A stretch of 63,998 bases of DNA, the filler included, from an uncultured bacterium (GTDB lineage: Bacteria > DAOPZR01): the NCBI GenBank assembly GCA_964637655.1. It is 19 parts of 19 records of this genome, joined end to end, with 100 filler letters (N's around TTAATTAATTAA, not from the genome) between each part and the next. Parts side by side here need not be neighbours in the genome. Positions count along the whole stretch, not along the records: positions 51,656 to 54,858 come from CAZWUZ010000361.1; positions 54,959 to 58,154 come from CAZWUZ010000362.1; positions 58,255 to 61,442 come from CAZWUZ010000363.1; positions 61,543 to 63,998 come from CAZWUZ010000410.1; 15 more parts are not named here. One strand, 5' to 3'. A program made the translations under genes and the position numbers. How positions within the stretch are numbered: position 1 is the stretch's first letter; every line of letters starts with the position of its first letter. Shown in pieces: positions 53,861-63,987 of this stretch. The notes beneath the pieces were generated by a model. That model made no database searches. It had not been told where the DNA came from and saw nothing but the letters and a program-made list of their open reading frames with translations.

Positions 53861-54858
53861 CGCAGGTTCATCCCGCGGATGATCTCCGGGAAAAGTGCCG
53901 CCCCCGTTTCCGGCAGGCGGTCGCACACACACGCGCGGTAGCGCGCCAGCGACAGGTCGCGGCTGACGGCGGCCGGCAGGTCGAGGTCGAGCAGCGGCAG
54001 CAGCCAGTGCTCGCCGATGCCGTACTGCACGAACGGCGTGGCGAACTTGCAGAGATTGCGCAGCCGCCGCGCCGTCGCCTCGGGGAACACGATGCCGCCG
54101 AGCCCGGTGCTGGTGTCGCCTCCCGCCGCCGTCACGGCAAACCCGTGTTCCCGGCAGTACGCCTGCAGGCGCGTGCCGGGGTACACCTGCAGCGGGTAGC
54201 AGGAACAGACGCTGCCGGGCCCGATGCGCTGCAGCGCGCGCACGGTGTCCAGCGCGTCACCGACCGGGTCGTCCACCGGCAGTCCGACAATGCCCTGCAG
54301 GTTGACCCGGAACCCGAATGCCGCCAGCCGGTCATAGGCGGCCTGCATCTGCGCCTCGCTGTCCCAGGCGCGACCGAGCAGGCGGAGCGAATCCGGGCGC
54401 ACCGCCTGGATCCCCATGCCGATGCAGGTGACGACGGACCGCAACTGGCGCAGCACCGCGTCGGATACCTGCAGCGCCCCGCGCGAGGTGGTCGAGACAT
54501 AGAGCGGCAGCCCGATCTCCCGTCGCCACGCGTCGATGAACGGCGGCAGCCAGGTCTCGCGGTCGCTGCCGCAGAAGAAGTCGTCGTCAACCCACTCGAC
54601 TTCCGCGGTCGGGCTGGCGGCGATGACCCGCGCTTCCGCGAGCAGGTCGGCGAGCGGGCGGCGCCCGAGAAAATAGCGCCGCCAGGCGGCGGCACCGAAC
54701 CGCTCCGCCAGGTAGCTGCCGGCGGCGCTGCAGTAGGCGCAGTGCCACGGGCAGCCGAGGCGCGACAGCATGAACTTGCGGTAGCGCGACGCCAGCCGCG
54801 GGATGTCGCGGTAGCACTCGCGGCGCGCCGGCGCGGGCAGGTCGGCGGGAACGGTCGG
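53854..54858 (-). CDS. Radical SAM protein (B12-binding-like clade); 5' truncated
   Basis: SRLGCPWHCAYC, DDDF, IVGLP, YPGT. Confidence 0.8.
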   Translation of the reverse strand, partial: PTVPADLPAPARRECYRDIPRLASRYRKFMLSRLGCPWHCAYCSAAGSYLAERFGAAAWRRYFLGRRPLADLLAEARVIAASPTAEVEWVDDDFFCGSDRETWLPPFIDAWRREIGLPLYVSTTSRGALQVSDAVLRQLRSVVTCIGMGIQAVRPDSLRLLGRAWDSEAQMQAAYDRLAAFGFRVNLQGIVGLPVDDPVGDALDTVRALQRIGPGSVCSCYPLQVYPGTRLQAYCREHGFAVTAAGGDTSTGLGGIVFPEATARRLRNLCKFATPFVQYGIGEHWLLPLLDLDLPAAVSRDLSLARYRACVCDRLPETGAALFPEIIRGMNLRY

Positions 54859-55007
54859 NNNNNNNNNNNNNNNNNNNNNNNNNNNNNNNNNNNNNNNNNN
54901 NNTTAATTAATTAANNNNNNNNNNNNNNNNNNNNNNNNNNNNNNNNNNNNNNNNNNNNAATTATGGGCAATTTTCAAGGTGGCAAAAAAACGTCACGGCG
55001 CGAAAAA

Positions 55008-55054
55008 TGTGGATAACTTTGTGGATAACATGTGTCAATGTGTCAGTATGGCCC
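55008..55054 (-). repeat. 47-bp dispersed repeat with two DnaA boxes, copy B
   Basis: TGTGGATAA at 55008 and 55020 followed by CATGTGTCAATGTGTCAGTATGGCCC. Confidence 0.9.
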
Positions 55055-55070
55055 TCTCCATGGCTCTCTT

Positions 55071-56993
55071 CTATAATTCCACCGGCATGCCGAGTTCGAT
55101 GACGCGTTCGGCCGGAATGCGGAAGTAGGCCACCGCGCTGCGCGCGTTGCGCACGATGAGCGCGAACAGCCGGGCCCGCCAGCGGGGCAGGTCGCGCCCG
55201 CGGGCGAGAATGGTCTCGCGCCCGAAGAAGTAACTGACCTGCGCCAGGTCCACCGGTACGCCGACGCTTTTCGCCTGGCGCAGCACGCGCGGCACCTCGG
55301 GATACTCCATGTAGCCGAAGCGGGCGGTGACCGCATGAAAACCGCTGCCCAGATGGGTCGCGGTGACGCGCTCGCGTGGCGGCACGTACGGCCGGTTATC
55401 GTTGTGCACATGCAGCAAAATAACCGTCTCGTGCAGCACGCGGCTGTGCTTGAAATAGTGCAGCAGCGTCGGCGGCACTCCGTCGCCGAACGAGGCCATG
55501 AAGACCGCGACCCCGGTTACACGATGCGGCGCATGTTCCCGCACCTCGTCGATGAAACGGTCGCGCGGGAGGATGGCTGCCACCATGCGCCGCGCGATGG
55601 CCGCCCGCCCGTCCCGCCAGGTGGTCATGATGATGTAGAGGAACACGGCCAGTGCCAGCGGCACCCAGCCGCCGTCGGGGAATTTGCTGCCGTTGGCCAG
55701 CAGAAAGGGGAGATCGACCGCGAGGAAGAGCCCGGCCAGCAGCAGGCAGAAGCGGCGTGAGCGGTGCCACACCCGGCGTACGACCAGCGCGTAGACGACG
55801 GTGGTGATGACCATGGTGCCGGCAACGGCAATGCCGTAGGCGGCGGCGAGACGGCTCGAACTGCCGAATGCGAGCACCAGCAGGATGGCGCCGGTAGCGA
55901 CCGCCCAGTTGACCGCGGGCAGGTAGATCTGCCCTTCGACATTCTCTGAGGTGTGGCGGATATCGACGCGCGGGAAGAGCCCGAGTTGCACCGCCTGGCG
56001 GGCCAATGAAAAGGCGCCGGTGATGAGCGCCTGCGAGGCGATGATGGTGGCGGCGGTGGCGAGCACAGTGAGCAGACCGGTCCAGATGCCGGCGGGGACC
56101 TGCGCGTAGAACGGGTTGGCCGCGGCAGTTTCGTCGGCGAGGAGCAGGGCGCCCTGCCCGAAATAGTTGAGGAGCAGCGCGGGGAGGACGAGCAGGAACC
56201 AGGCGCGGCGCACCGCGCCGACCCCGAAATGCCCGATATCCGCATACAGCGCCTCGCCTCCAGTCACCGCGAGGAACACCGCGCCGAGGACGGTGAAACC
56301 GTGCCAGCCGTGGGTGAACAGGAAGCGGAGTCCGTGCACCGGGTTGAGCGCGGCAAGGACGCCCGGATGCTGCAGCAGGTGCCACAACCCCAGGCCGCCG
56401 AGGACGCTGAACCAGACCAGCATCACCGGGCCGAACAGCTTTGCCACGCCGGCGGTGCCGCGCCGCTGGAAGAGGAAGAGCGCGAGCAGCACGACCACGG
56501 TCAGCGGCACGACCAGTGGCTGCAGCGACGGCATCATCACCTGCAGCCCCTCGACGGCGCTGAGCACTGAGATGGCAGGCGTGATGATCCCGTCGCCGTA
56601 GAGCAGTGCCGAGCCGAAAATGACGATTCCCGCAACCCCGCTGGCGATCTTCCCCTGCGGCGCTGACTCGCGCAGCAGGCCGAGCAGGGCGAGAATCCCC
56701 CCTTCGCCGTGATGGTCGGCGCGCAGGATGAAGGTTACATATTTCACCGCGACGATCAGCAGCAGCGCCCAGACAATGAGCGAGAGCACGCCGTAAATGT
56801 TTGCGGCGGTGATGACGGTGGCATGCGGTCCCGAGACGCATTCCTTGAGCGCGTACAGCGGGCTGGTGCCGATGTCCCCGAAGACGACGCCCAGCGCGAC
56901 GAGTGCCAGCCCGGCACGTGCCGGTGACACACTGCTCCCGGGCAGTGGTGACGGGTCCGCCTGGCGACCCGGTGTTGCTGTTGCGGATTCCAT
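55071..56993 (-). CDS. kup: KUP/HAK/KT potassium transporter
   Basis: GVVFGDIGTSPLY, GEGG, ITPAISVLSA, GQIYLP, AYGIAV. Confidence 0.96.
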   Translation of the reverse strand: MESATATPGRQADPSPLPGSSVSPARAGLALVALGVVFGDIGTSPLYALKECVSGPHATVITAANIYGVLSLIVWALLLIVAVKYVTFILRADHHGEGGILALLGLLRESAPQGKIASGVAGIVIFGSALLYGDGIITPAISVLSAVEGLQVMMPSLQPLVVPLTVVVLLALFLFQRRGTAGVAKLFGPVMLVWFSVLGGLGLWHLLQHPGVLAALNPVHGLRFLFTHGWHGFTVLGAVFLAVTGGEALYADIGHFGVGAVRRAWFLLVLPALLLNYFGQGALLLADETAAANPFYAQVPAGIWTGLLTVLATAATIIASQALITGAFSLARQAVQLGLFPRVDIRHTSENVEGQIYLPAVNWAVATGAILLVLAFGSSSRLAAAYGIAVAGTMVITTVVYALVVRRVWHRSRRFCLLLAGLFLAVDLPFLLANGSKFPDGGWVPLALAVFLYIIMTTWRDGRAAIARRMVAAILPRDRFIDEVREHAPHRVTGVAVFMASFGDGVPPTLLHYFKHSRVLHETVILLHVHNDNRPYVPPRERVTATHLGSGFHAVTARFGYMEYPEVPRVLRQAKSVGVPVDLAQVSYFFGRETILARGRDLPRWRARLFALIVRNARSAVAYFRIPAERVIELGMPVEL

Positions 56994-57071
56994 ATCCGCT
57001 CCCTCGCGCAGACCTCTCCCCGTAAGGGATAAAGCACGCGCATCCTGCGGGGAACATACGGCTGTTCCCGG

Positions 57072-57190
57072 CGAACGCCTGCGAGGTTAGCTGACGGGTT
57101 GGGAGGTCCGAGTCCCCCCTGCCGCTGCTGCGGCATTCACCCCTACGGCACGGTTCCCCCGCTCCCGGCGTGAGCCGGGATTCGGCGATT
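57072..57190 (-). ncRNA. c-di-AMP (ydaO/yuaA) riboswitch
   Basis: Minus strand: CGCCGAATCC...GGAGCGGGGGAACC...GGGGTGAAT...AACCCGTCAGCTAACCTCGCAGGCG, upstream of kup. Confidence 0.92.
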
Positions 57191-57197
57191 TGCGGGA

Positions 57198-57226
57198 ATT
57201 GTACGGCTGAATCGTGATTTTGTCAA
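57198..57226 (-). promoter_or_regulatory. sigma70 promoter for riboswitch-kup
   Basis: TTGACA-17 nt-TACAAT on minus strand. Confidence 0.8.
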
Positions 57227-57270
57227 TAGCCCGCTGCGACAAAAAACGCAATTGCGGCAGCAGTGAGTCG

Positions 57271-58154
57271 TTACAGCTCGACCTGCATGCCCAGTTCGAT
57301 GACGCGGTTGGGGGGGATGTTGAAGTAGGCGCGGGCGCTGCGGGCGTTGCGGGTGATCAGGGCGAACAACTGCGAACGCCAGTGCCACATGCCCGCGCTG
57401 CCGCGGGCGATGACGGTCTCCCGCCCGAGAAAATAACTGGTGCGCGCATGGTCGACGGGCACCCCCGCATTCTTGGCCTGACGCAGCGCTTTCGGCACGT
57501 CAGGCACCTGCAGGTAGCCGTAGCGCGCGGTCACGGCATGGAAGCCCGCCCCGAGATGCGCCACGGTGAGCCGCTCGCCGGGCCGGATGCGCGGCACGCT
57601 CTCGTTCATCACATGCAGCAGGACGACGGTCTCGTGCAGCATCTGGTTGTGCTTGTAATGGTGCAGCAGGGTTGGCGGGATGCCGTCGCCGAACGAGGCC
57701 ATGAAGACCGCAGTCCCCGGCACGCGCACGGGCTGGCGCTCCTTGACCTCGCCGATGATATGGTCGCGCGGCAAAATGGTCGAGGCGATGCGCCGTGCCA
57801 GCAGTTCGCGTCCGTCACGCCAGGTGGTCATGATGGTGAAGAGCGCCGCGGCCAGCACCAGCGGCACCCAGCCCCCGTCGAGCACCTTGCTGAGATTGGC
57901 GGAGAAGAACGACAGGTCGACCGCGAGGAAGACGACGGCGAGCAGTCCGGCGAGCGCATACGAGCGGCGCCAGACGCGCACGACGACCAGCGTGTAGATG
58001 ACGGTGGTGATCACTTCGCCCATGCTCACGGCAATCCCGTAGGCGGCGGCGAGGCGGCTGGAACTGCCGAACGCGAGCACGAGCACGATGGTTCCCAGCG
58101 CGAGCAGCCAGTTGACCGTCGGCAGGTAGATCTGCCCCTCGATATCCTCCGAGG
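57271..58154 (-). CDS. kup: Second Kup paralog, C-terminal part
   Basis: GQIYLP, AYGIAV, GGWVPL, VIELGMQVEL; clearly similar to downstream kup. Confidence 0.93.
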
Positions 58155-58254
58155 NNNNNNNNNNNNNNNNNNNNNNNNNNNNNNNNNNNNNNNNNNNNTT
58201 AATTAATTAANNNNNNNNNNNNNNNNNNNNNNNNNNNNNNNNNNNNNNNNNNNN

Positions 58255-58755
58255 GACTGTTTCCCTCGCGGGCTCATTGCCGGGGTGGACACGACGGCGG
58301 TGGCGGTCGACGACCCGGACGGCCGCATCCGCACCTACCGGGGGCGGCAGCAGGACCCGGCGCTGCTCGACCGGGTGGCGCGCGAGTGCGCGCCGGACGG
58401 GTTCGACATCATCATCGACGACGCGGCGCATAACGGGCTTCCCGCCAAGGCGAGTTTCTGGCACCTGTTTCCCGCCCGGCTGAAACCGGGGGGGCTGTAC
58501 GTGATCGAGGACTGGGGCACGGCCTACCAGCCGGAATGGGGTGACGGGGCCGCGTACGTGCCGGCGGACCTGCACTCGTTCGCGCGGCATGACTGCGGCA
58601 TGGCGGGGTTCGTCAAGGAGCTGCTCGACGAGTGCGCCACCGGGGCGCTGTCGCGGCAGTTCGCGGGGGGCGCCGCGACGGCGACCACGCCGATCGAGCG
58701 GTTGACGGTGTTCACCCCCGGCCCGGTGGCGGTATGGAAGAAGGAGCGGTTTTGA
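58255..58755 (+). CDS. Class I SAM methyltransferase-like fragment
   Basis: FDIIIDDAAH, LKPGGLYVIEDW. Confidence 0.75.
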   Translation, partial: DCFPRGLIAGVDTTAVAVDDPDGRIRTYRGRQQDPALLDRVARECAPDGFDIIIDDAAHNGLPAKASFWHLFPARLKPGGLYVIEDWGTAYQPEWGDGAAYVPADLHSFARHDCGMAGFVKELLDECATGALSRQFAGGAATATTPIERLTVFTPGPVAVWKKERF

Positions 58756-58839
58756 CGGTGCCGGACGGACGTGGTAGGATGCGCATGACGACGGGCGGGC
58801 GCGGTCGGGGCCCGACGGTATGACGGACGGAGATTCCTG

Positions 58840-60576
58840 ATGCGCACAATCGCCTTGCTGATGACCGCCACCCACGGGTTCCGCCGGCCGTTCACGGACG
58901 GCAGCACGCTGCTGACGCGCTTCGGCGGGGAGACGGTGCTGGCGCATGTCTGCGCGGCGCTGCGGCAGGTGGCGGACATCGGGCAGAGCAGCATGCTGCT
59001 GCCCCCGGACGCGCCCCCGGCGCTGGCGGCGGAGTGCGCCGCGCTCGGACTCCCGGTGCCGGCGTACGGGGCGGCGCCCTACACGACGAACCTGGCGCTG
59101 CGGCTTGCCGACGAGGCGGGCGCGGAGGAACTGCGGCGGGTGGCGGCGCAGGCGCTGCTGCTTGATCCCGCGCTGCCGCGGACCCGGCGGGCGGAACACC
59201 GGCGGACCGGGGCGGCGGCGACCTACACGCCGGCGCCGCGCCTCGCGCCCTACGTCATCAGCATGGCGGCCGTGCGCCGGCTCATCAGCAGCGGGGCGGC
59301 GGCTTACACGGACGAGGTCTCGCTGCTGGACCGGATGGCGGCGGAGCCGCAGCAGTACCTGCGCCACTGTGTGCCGCTCCCCGGCCCGGCGACGCCGGCG
59401 GTGAGCAATCTCAACTACGTGCATGCCGTGCAGGAACCGGCGTTTGCGGCGCTCTGGGCGGCGGCGGGCGGGCGGGGCGCCGCGGCCGCGCTTGACCATG
59501 TCGCGCAGCACGCGGCGGCGTTCGACTATTTCCCGCAGTGGGCGCAGGTCGAGGCGACGTCGCGCTGCAACCAGTCGTGCCCGGTCTGCCCGCACCCGCG
59601 GCGCGCGGTCAGCGCCGATCTCGACGCGGCGGCGTTCGACCGCGTCGTCGACGGGCTGGCGTGGGCGCCGGAGTATGCCGGCATCGACCTGGCCGGGTTC
59701 GGCGAGCCGCTGCTGCATCCCGGGCTGCGCGGCTTCATCGAGCGCGCGACCGCGCGGATGCTCGAGGTCTACCTTTACACCAACGGCACGCAGTGGGACC
59801 GCGGCTGGAGCGAGTTCGTTCTCGACCCGGCCCGGCAGCGTACGGTCGGCGGCCTGCGCGGGGTCATCTTCACCATCAACGCGGCGACGCGGGACGCCTA
59901 CCGCGCCTTCCACGGCACCGACGACTACGCGCGGGTGCGGCAGGCGGTGCGCGAGCTGCTGCAGCTGAAACGCGAGCGGGGCGTACGCCGGCCCGTGGTC
60001 GCGGTGCAGTTCGTCAAGGCGCAGGCGACGGACGCGCAGGTCGAGGCGTTCTGGCAGGAGTGGAATTTCGCGGAACGGTTCGAGCGGCAGCGCTGGCCCG
60101 ACTACGACCACACGGTCGCGCAGGGCGAACTGCGGCTGCAGCAGATGCAGTACGAGCGCGCGGGTGACGCCGCGGCGGAGGCGCAGCGCGCGGCGGCGCA
60201 GGCCGCCCACGAGCAGCGCTACTGGGACGCCTTCTACCGGCACGCGGAGCTGCCGCTGGAGCACACGGTGATCCAGCGGTGCAACGATTATGCCGGCCAG
60301 CTCCCCGACACGCGCGTGGTCGATTACACCCCGCTGCAGCGCTTTGCCTGCCGCCAGGCGACGTTCGGGCTGATGGTGCTGGCCGACGGGACGGTGACGC
60401 CCTGCCAGCAGGATTTCAACGGGACGATGGCGGCGGGCAGCCTGCGCGACCGCGACCTGGTCGCCCTGTGGAACGCTGCGCCGTTCGCGGCCCTGCGCCG
60501 CGCCCAGCGCGAAGGACGGTACGACACGACCCCGCTCTGCGCCGCCTGCCGCGACTGGTTCATCCCGATGGTCTGA
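58840..60576 (+). CDS. Radical SAM/SPASM protein with degenerate NTP-transferase-like N-terminal domain (spiro-SPASM-like)
   Basis: CNQSCPVC, GFGEPLLHP, TNG; DYTPLQRFAC...DGTVTPCQQDF...LCAACRDW. Confidence 0.8.
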   Translation: MRTIALLMTATHGFRRPFTDGSTLLTRFGGETVLAHVCAALRQVADIGQSSMLLPPDAPPALAAECAALGLPVPAYGAAPYTTNLALRLADEAGAEELRRVAAQALLLDPALPRTRRAEHRRTGAAATYTPAPRLAPYVISMAAVRRLISSGAAAYTDEVSLLDRMAAEPQQYLRHCVPLPGPATPAVSNLNYVHAVQEPAFAALWAAAGGRGAAAALDHVAQHAAAFDYFPQWAQVEATSRCNQSCPVCPHPRRAVSADLDAAAFDRVVDGLAWAPEYAGIDLAGFGEPLLHPGLRGFIERATARMLEVYLYTNGTQWDRGWSEFVLDPARQRTVGGLRGVIFTINAATRDAYRAFHGTDDYARVRQAVRELLQLKRERGVRRPVVAVQFVKAQATDAQVEAFWQEWNFAERFERQRWPDYDHTVAQGELRLQQMQYERAGDAAAEAQRAAAQAAHEQRYWDAFYRHAELPLEHTVIQRCNDYAGQLPDTRVVDYTPLQRFACRQATFGLMVLADGTVTPCQQDFNGTMAAGSLRDRDLVALWNAAPFAALRRAQREGRYDTTPLCAACRDWFIPMV

Positions 60577-60596
60577 CCGGCCCGCGCTCCCGTCTC

Positions 60597-61436
60597 ATGC
60601 CGAAACTGCTCGCGGAATTCTACGAGGATTTCCATCACCAGGTCGACGCCAGCTACACCGCGGACAACTTCCTGCTCGACCGCGATGTGCGCGCGCTGCA
60701 GTACGTGCGCGGCTGCCGGCGCGTGTTCGAGCTGGGGTGCGGCACGGGGCGGCTGCTCGAACGCACGGGGGCGGAGGTGCGCTGCGGCACCGACCTCTCG
60801 CCGGCGGCGGTCGCGCAGGCGCGCGCGCTCGGGCTCGACGCGCAGGGACATGACATCGACGACGCCGACCTGCCGTATGCCGACGCGTCCTTCGACGCCG
60901 CGCTCGCCATCGAGACGCTGGAACACCTGTTCGACCCCGTGCACGCGCTGGCCGAGCTCAACCGGGTGCTGGTCCCCGGCGGCCGGCTCTGCCTGACCTG
61001 CCCGAACATCGGCTACTGGGTCTCGCGCCTCGCGCTGCTGACCGGGCGTTTCACCGATTTTACCGGCTGCGGCCTGCACGTCACCGAGCATATCCGCTTC
61101 TACACGGTCAACAGCCTCACGCAGCTCTGCCGGCAGGCCGGGTTCCGCGTCGAGACGGTGCTGGGCTGCGCCAAGCTCCCCGCCGCGTCACCCGACGACC
61201 CGCGCCCCGCGCGGCCGGGGCTGCGCGACGTCTGCCGCGGCGGCGGGACGCTGCGGCAGCGGACGGAGACGCTCATCCATGCGCTCGACCGCTGCCTGCC
61301 CGCCGCGTGGCCCGCGCCGGCGCGCGGGCTGTGGCTCGCGGCGGTGAAGGAACGCGCGCCGGAGCAGCGCCGCAACGCCGCCTTCGACTGTTTCACGACC
61401 GGCTTCGCCTATGCCGACCATTACCGGCGCGGGTAG
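60597..61436 (+). CDS. Class I SAM methyltransferase
   Basis: ELGCGTG, LPYADASFD, ETLEHL, RVLVPGG, HIRFYT. Confidence 0.88.
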   Translation: MPKLLAEFYEDFHHQVDASYTADNFLLDRDVRALQYVRGCRRVFELGCGTGRLLERTGAEVRCGTDLSPAAVAQARALGLDAQGHDIDDADLPYADASFDAALAIETLEHLFDPVHALAELNRVLVPGGRLCLTCPNIGYWVSRLALLTGRFTDFTGCGLHVTEHIRFYTVNSLTQLCRQAGFRVETVLGCAKLPAASPDDPRPARPGLRDVCRGGGTLRQRTETLIHALDRCLPAAWPAPARGLWLAAVKERAPEQRRNAAFDCFTTGFAYADHYRRG

Positions 61437-61542
61437 CAGGCTNNNNNNNNNNNNNNNNNNNNNNNNNNNNNNNNNNNNNNNNNNNNTTAATTAATTAANN
61501 NNNNNNNNNNNNNNNNNNNNNNNNNNNNNNNNNNNNNNNNNN

Positions 61543-62536
61543 GGAACGTATCACCGGCTATCCCGTCGCGCAGCTGCTCGGGTCGGTGCGCGGCGAAGAA
61601 TACCACCATCCGGAGGACCAGCCGGCAATCGCGGCGGCTTTTGCCGGGGCCCTGGCGACCCCGGGCCGTCCGGTGACCGTGCGCTACCGCCTGCGCCATG
61701 CCGGCGGGCACTGGCTCCATCTCGAGGCGGTGCTCAGCAACCTGCTTGACGACCCTGCAGTGCGGGGCGTACTCGTCAATATTCGTGACATCTCCGCGCA
61801 GCAGCAGGCGCAGGAGACGCTCTTCCATACGGAGAAACTCGCGTCGCTCGGGCGTCTCGCGGCGGGCATCGCCCACGAGATGAACCAGCCGCTCAATGCC
61901 ATCCGCAACTACTGCCAGGGACTGCTCCTCAACATCGAGGACGGGATTCCCACGCCCGACGAGAAGATACGCGCCAATCTCGCCGCCGCCGTGCAGCAGG
62001 TCGACCGCATGGCCGACATCATCCGCACCATGCGCATCTTCACCCGCCGCGGGGCGGAGACGGGGTACGAGCGCCTGCCGCTCGAACGCATCATCCGCTA
62101 CCCGCTCGCGTTGCTTGGCGCGCAGCTGCGCTCGAACAATATCACCCTGACCGTCGACCCGGCGGTGCAGGAGGAGAAGCTGCTCATCAGCGGCAATGAG
62201 AACCGCCTGCAGCAGGTCTTCATCAACCTCTTTGTCTATGCGCGCGACAGTATTCTGGCCCGCCGCGGTGCGGAACCGGCACTGGTCGGAGAATATCGCA
62301 TCGAGCTGGTGCGTGACGGCGGGAGCGTGAGCGTCCGCCTGAGCGATAATGGCCGCGCGATTTCCGCTGCTGACCTGCCGCACATTTTCGAGCCGTTCCA
62401 TGCCGGGCAGGATATGGAGGGGAGCGGGCTCGGGCTCGCCATCTGCCATGAAATCATCCGCCAGCATGACGGCACCCTGACCGTCGAATCGGACGCTTCC
62501 GGCACCATTTTCACCGCCACCTTCCCCCTCACCTGA
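61543..62536 (+). CDS. PAS sensor histidine kinase (NtrB-like); 5' truncated
   Basis: HPED...RDIS PAS; EKLASLGRLAAGIAHEMNQPL; GSGLGL. Confidence 0.88.
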
Positions 62537-62623
62537 AAAGGGGACACATCCCTTTTGGCGGTGCTGAAATCAGCACTTTGAAAAGGGGACACATCCCTTT
62601 TGGCAGTGCTGAAATCAGCACTT
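62534..62623. repeat. 45-bp tandem duplication of a double-palindrome unit
   Basis: TGAAAAGGGGACACATCCCTTTTGGC(G/A)GTGCTGAAATCAGCACTT x2, 1 mismatch. Confidence 0.9.
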
Positions 62624-62640
62624 TATGCTACAATATGCTT

Positions 62641-63987
62641 ATGAAAAACAGGATGCGCATTCTGCTCATCGATGATGAAACGACTGTCGGGGAGAGCATT
62701 GGCGGCTTCCTCCGCGAGCGCGGGTATGACATTACCTATGTCGCCAGCCCGGCGGCAGGGCTGGAGCAGTTTGCCCGCGAGGCGTTCGAACTGGTCATCA
62801 CCGATATCCGCATGCCCGGGGTTGATGGTATCAACCTGTTGCGCCGCATCAAGGAGATGAACCCGCAGACCGAGGTCATTATCATCACCGGGCACGGGAC
62901 GATGGAGCATGCGGTTGAGGCGCTACGGGCGGGGGCGGCTGACTTCCTCAATAAGCCGGTCGACCTGCGACAGCTGATGTTCGCGGTGGACAAGGCGGCG
63001 CGGCTGCGGCGGTTGCAGGCGGAGAAGGAGACCTACCGCGACACGCTCGCGCGGGTGCAGGGGGGGGGCGAAGCGCGGCTGATCGGTATTGCGCCGGCGA
63101 TGCAGCAGGTGCGGGCGCTGACCGATAAGGTTGCGCAGTCGCCGGCGACCACGGTGCTTATCACCGGCGAGAGCGGCACGGGGAAGGAACTGGTGGCGCG
63201 CATGCTGCACCGCGGCAGCGCGCGCGCGCAGGGGCCGTTCATCGCGGTCAACTGCTCCGCGTTCCCGCCGAATCTCATCGAGAGCGAACTCTTCGGGCAT
63301 GAAAAGGGCGCGTTCACCGGCGCTGACGCGCAGCGCAAGGGCGTCATCGAACTGGCGCATGGCGAGACGCTCTTCCTCGACGAGATCGGCGACATGCCGG
63401 TCGACCTGCAGGGACGCCTGCTGCGCGCGCTCGAGGACCGCAGCGTGCGGCGGGTGGGCGGGAGTCGCGACCTGCCGGTGGATATCCGGCTGGTCTCCGC
63501 AACGCATCGCGATCTCGGGCAGCTGGTGCAGGAAAAGCGTTTCCGCGAGGATCTTTACTTCCGCCTGCGCGTGATGGTCATCCCGCTGCCGCCGCTGCGC
63601 GAGCGCCGCGACGATATCCCGCTGCTGACCGCGCATTTTACCCGGCAGATCGGCCAGCAGCTGGGGCGGCGTATCATTGGGGTCGCGCCCGATGTGCTCG
63701 ACGACCTGCGCGACTACCCCTGGCCGGGGAACGTGCGCGAATTGCGCAACATGATCGAGCAGGCAATTATTCTTTGCGAGGGGGAGACGCTGGCGCGCGA
63801 GCACTTCCCGCTGCTGTGCGCCACCGTGCCGGCCGCGAGCGAGACGCTGGCCGACCTGGAGATGCAGCGCATTCGCGACGCGGTCAGGGCCGCGGGCGGC
63901 AACCTGAAGGCGGCAGCGCAGAGATTGGGCATCGGCTACGGCGCCCTCCGCTACCGCCTCAAGGATAAAAAGGGGACACAATACTAA
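62641..63987 (+). CDS. Sigma54-dependent NtrC/AtoC-family response regulator
   Basis: REC (IDDE, TDIRMPG), GESGTGKE, ESELFGHEKGAFTGA, LDEIG, PGNVREL, Fis HTH. Confidence 0.95.
   Translation: MKNRMRILLIDDETTVGESIGGFLRERGYDITYVASPAAGLEQFAREAFELVITDIRMPGVDGINLLRRIKEMNPQTEVIIITGHGTMEHAVEALRAGAADFLNKPVDLRQLMFAVDKAARLRRLQAEKETYRDTLARVQGGGEARLIGIAPAMQQVRALTDKVAQSPATTVLITGESGTGKELVARMLHRGSARAQGPFIAVNCSAFPPNLIESELFGHEKGAFTGADAQRKGVIELAHGETLFLDEIGDMPVDLQGRLLRALEDRSVRRVGGSRDLPVDIRLVSATHRDLGQLVQEKRFREDLYFRLRVMVIPLPPLRERRDDIPLLTAHFTRQIGQQLGRRIIGVAPDVLDDLRDYPWPGNVRELRNMIEQAIILCEGETLAREHFPLLCATVPAASETLADLEMQRIRDAVRAAGGNLKAAAQRLGIGYGALRYRLKDKKGTQY

Noticed and set aside
62534-62623. Tandem palindromic repeat as a mini-CRISPR
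   Set aside because: Two directly abutting 45-bp copies with no unique spacer
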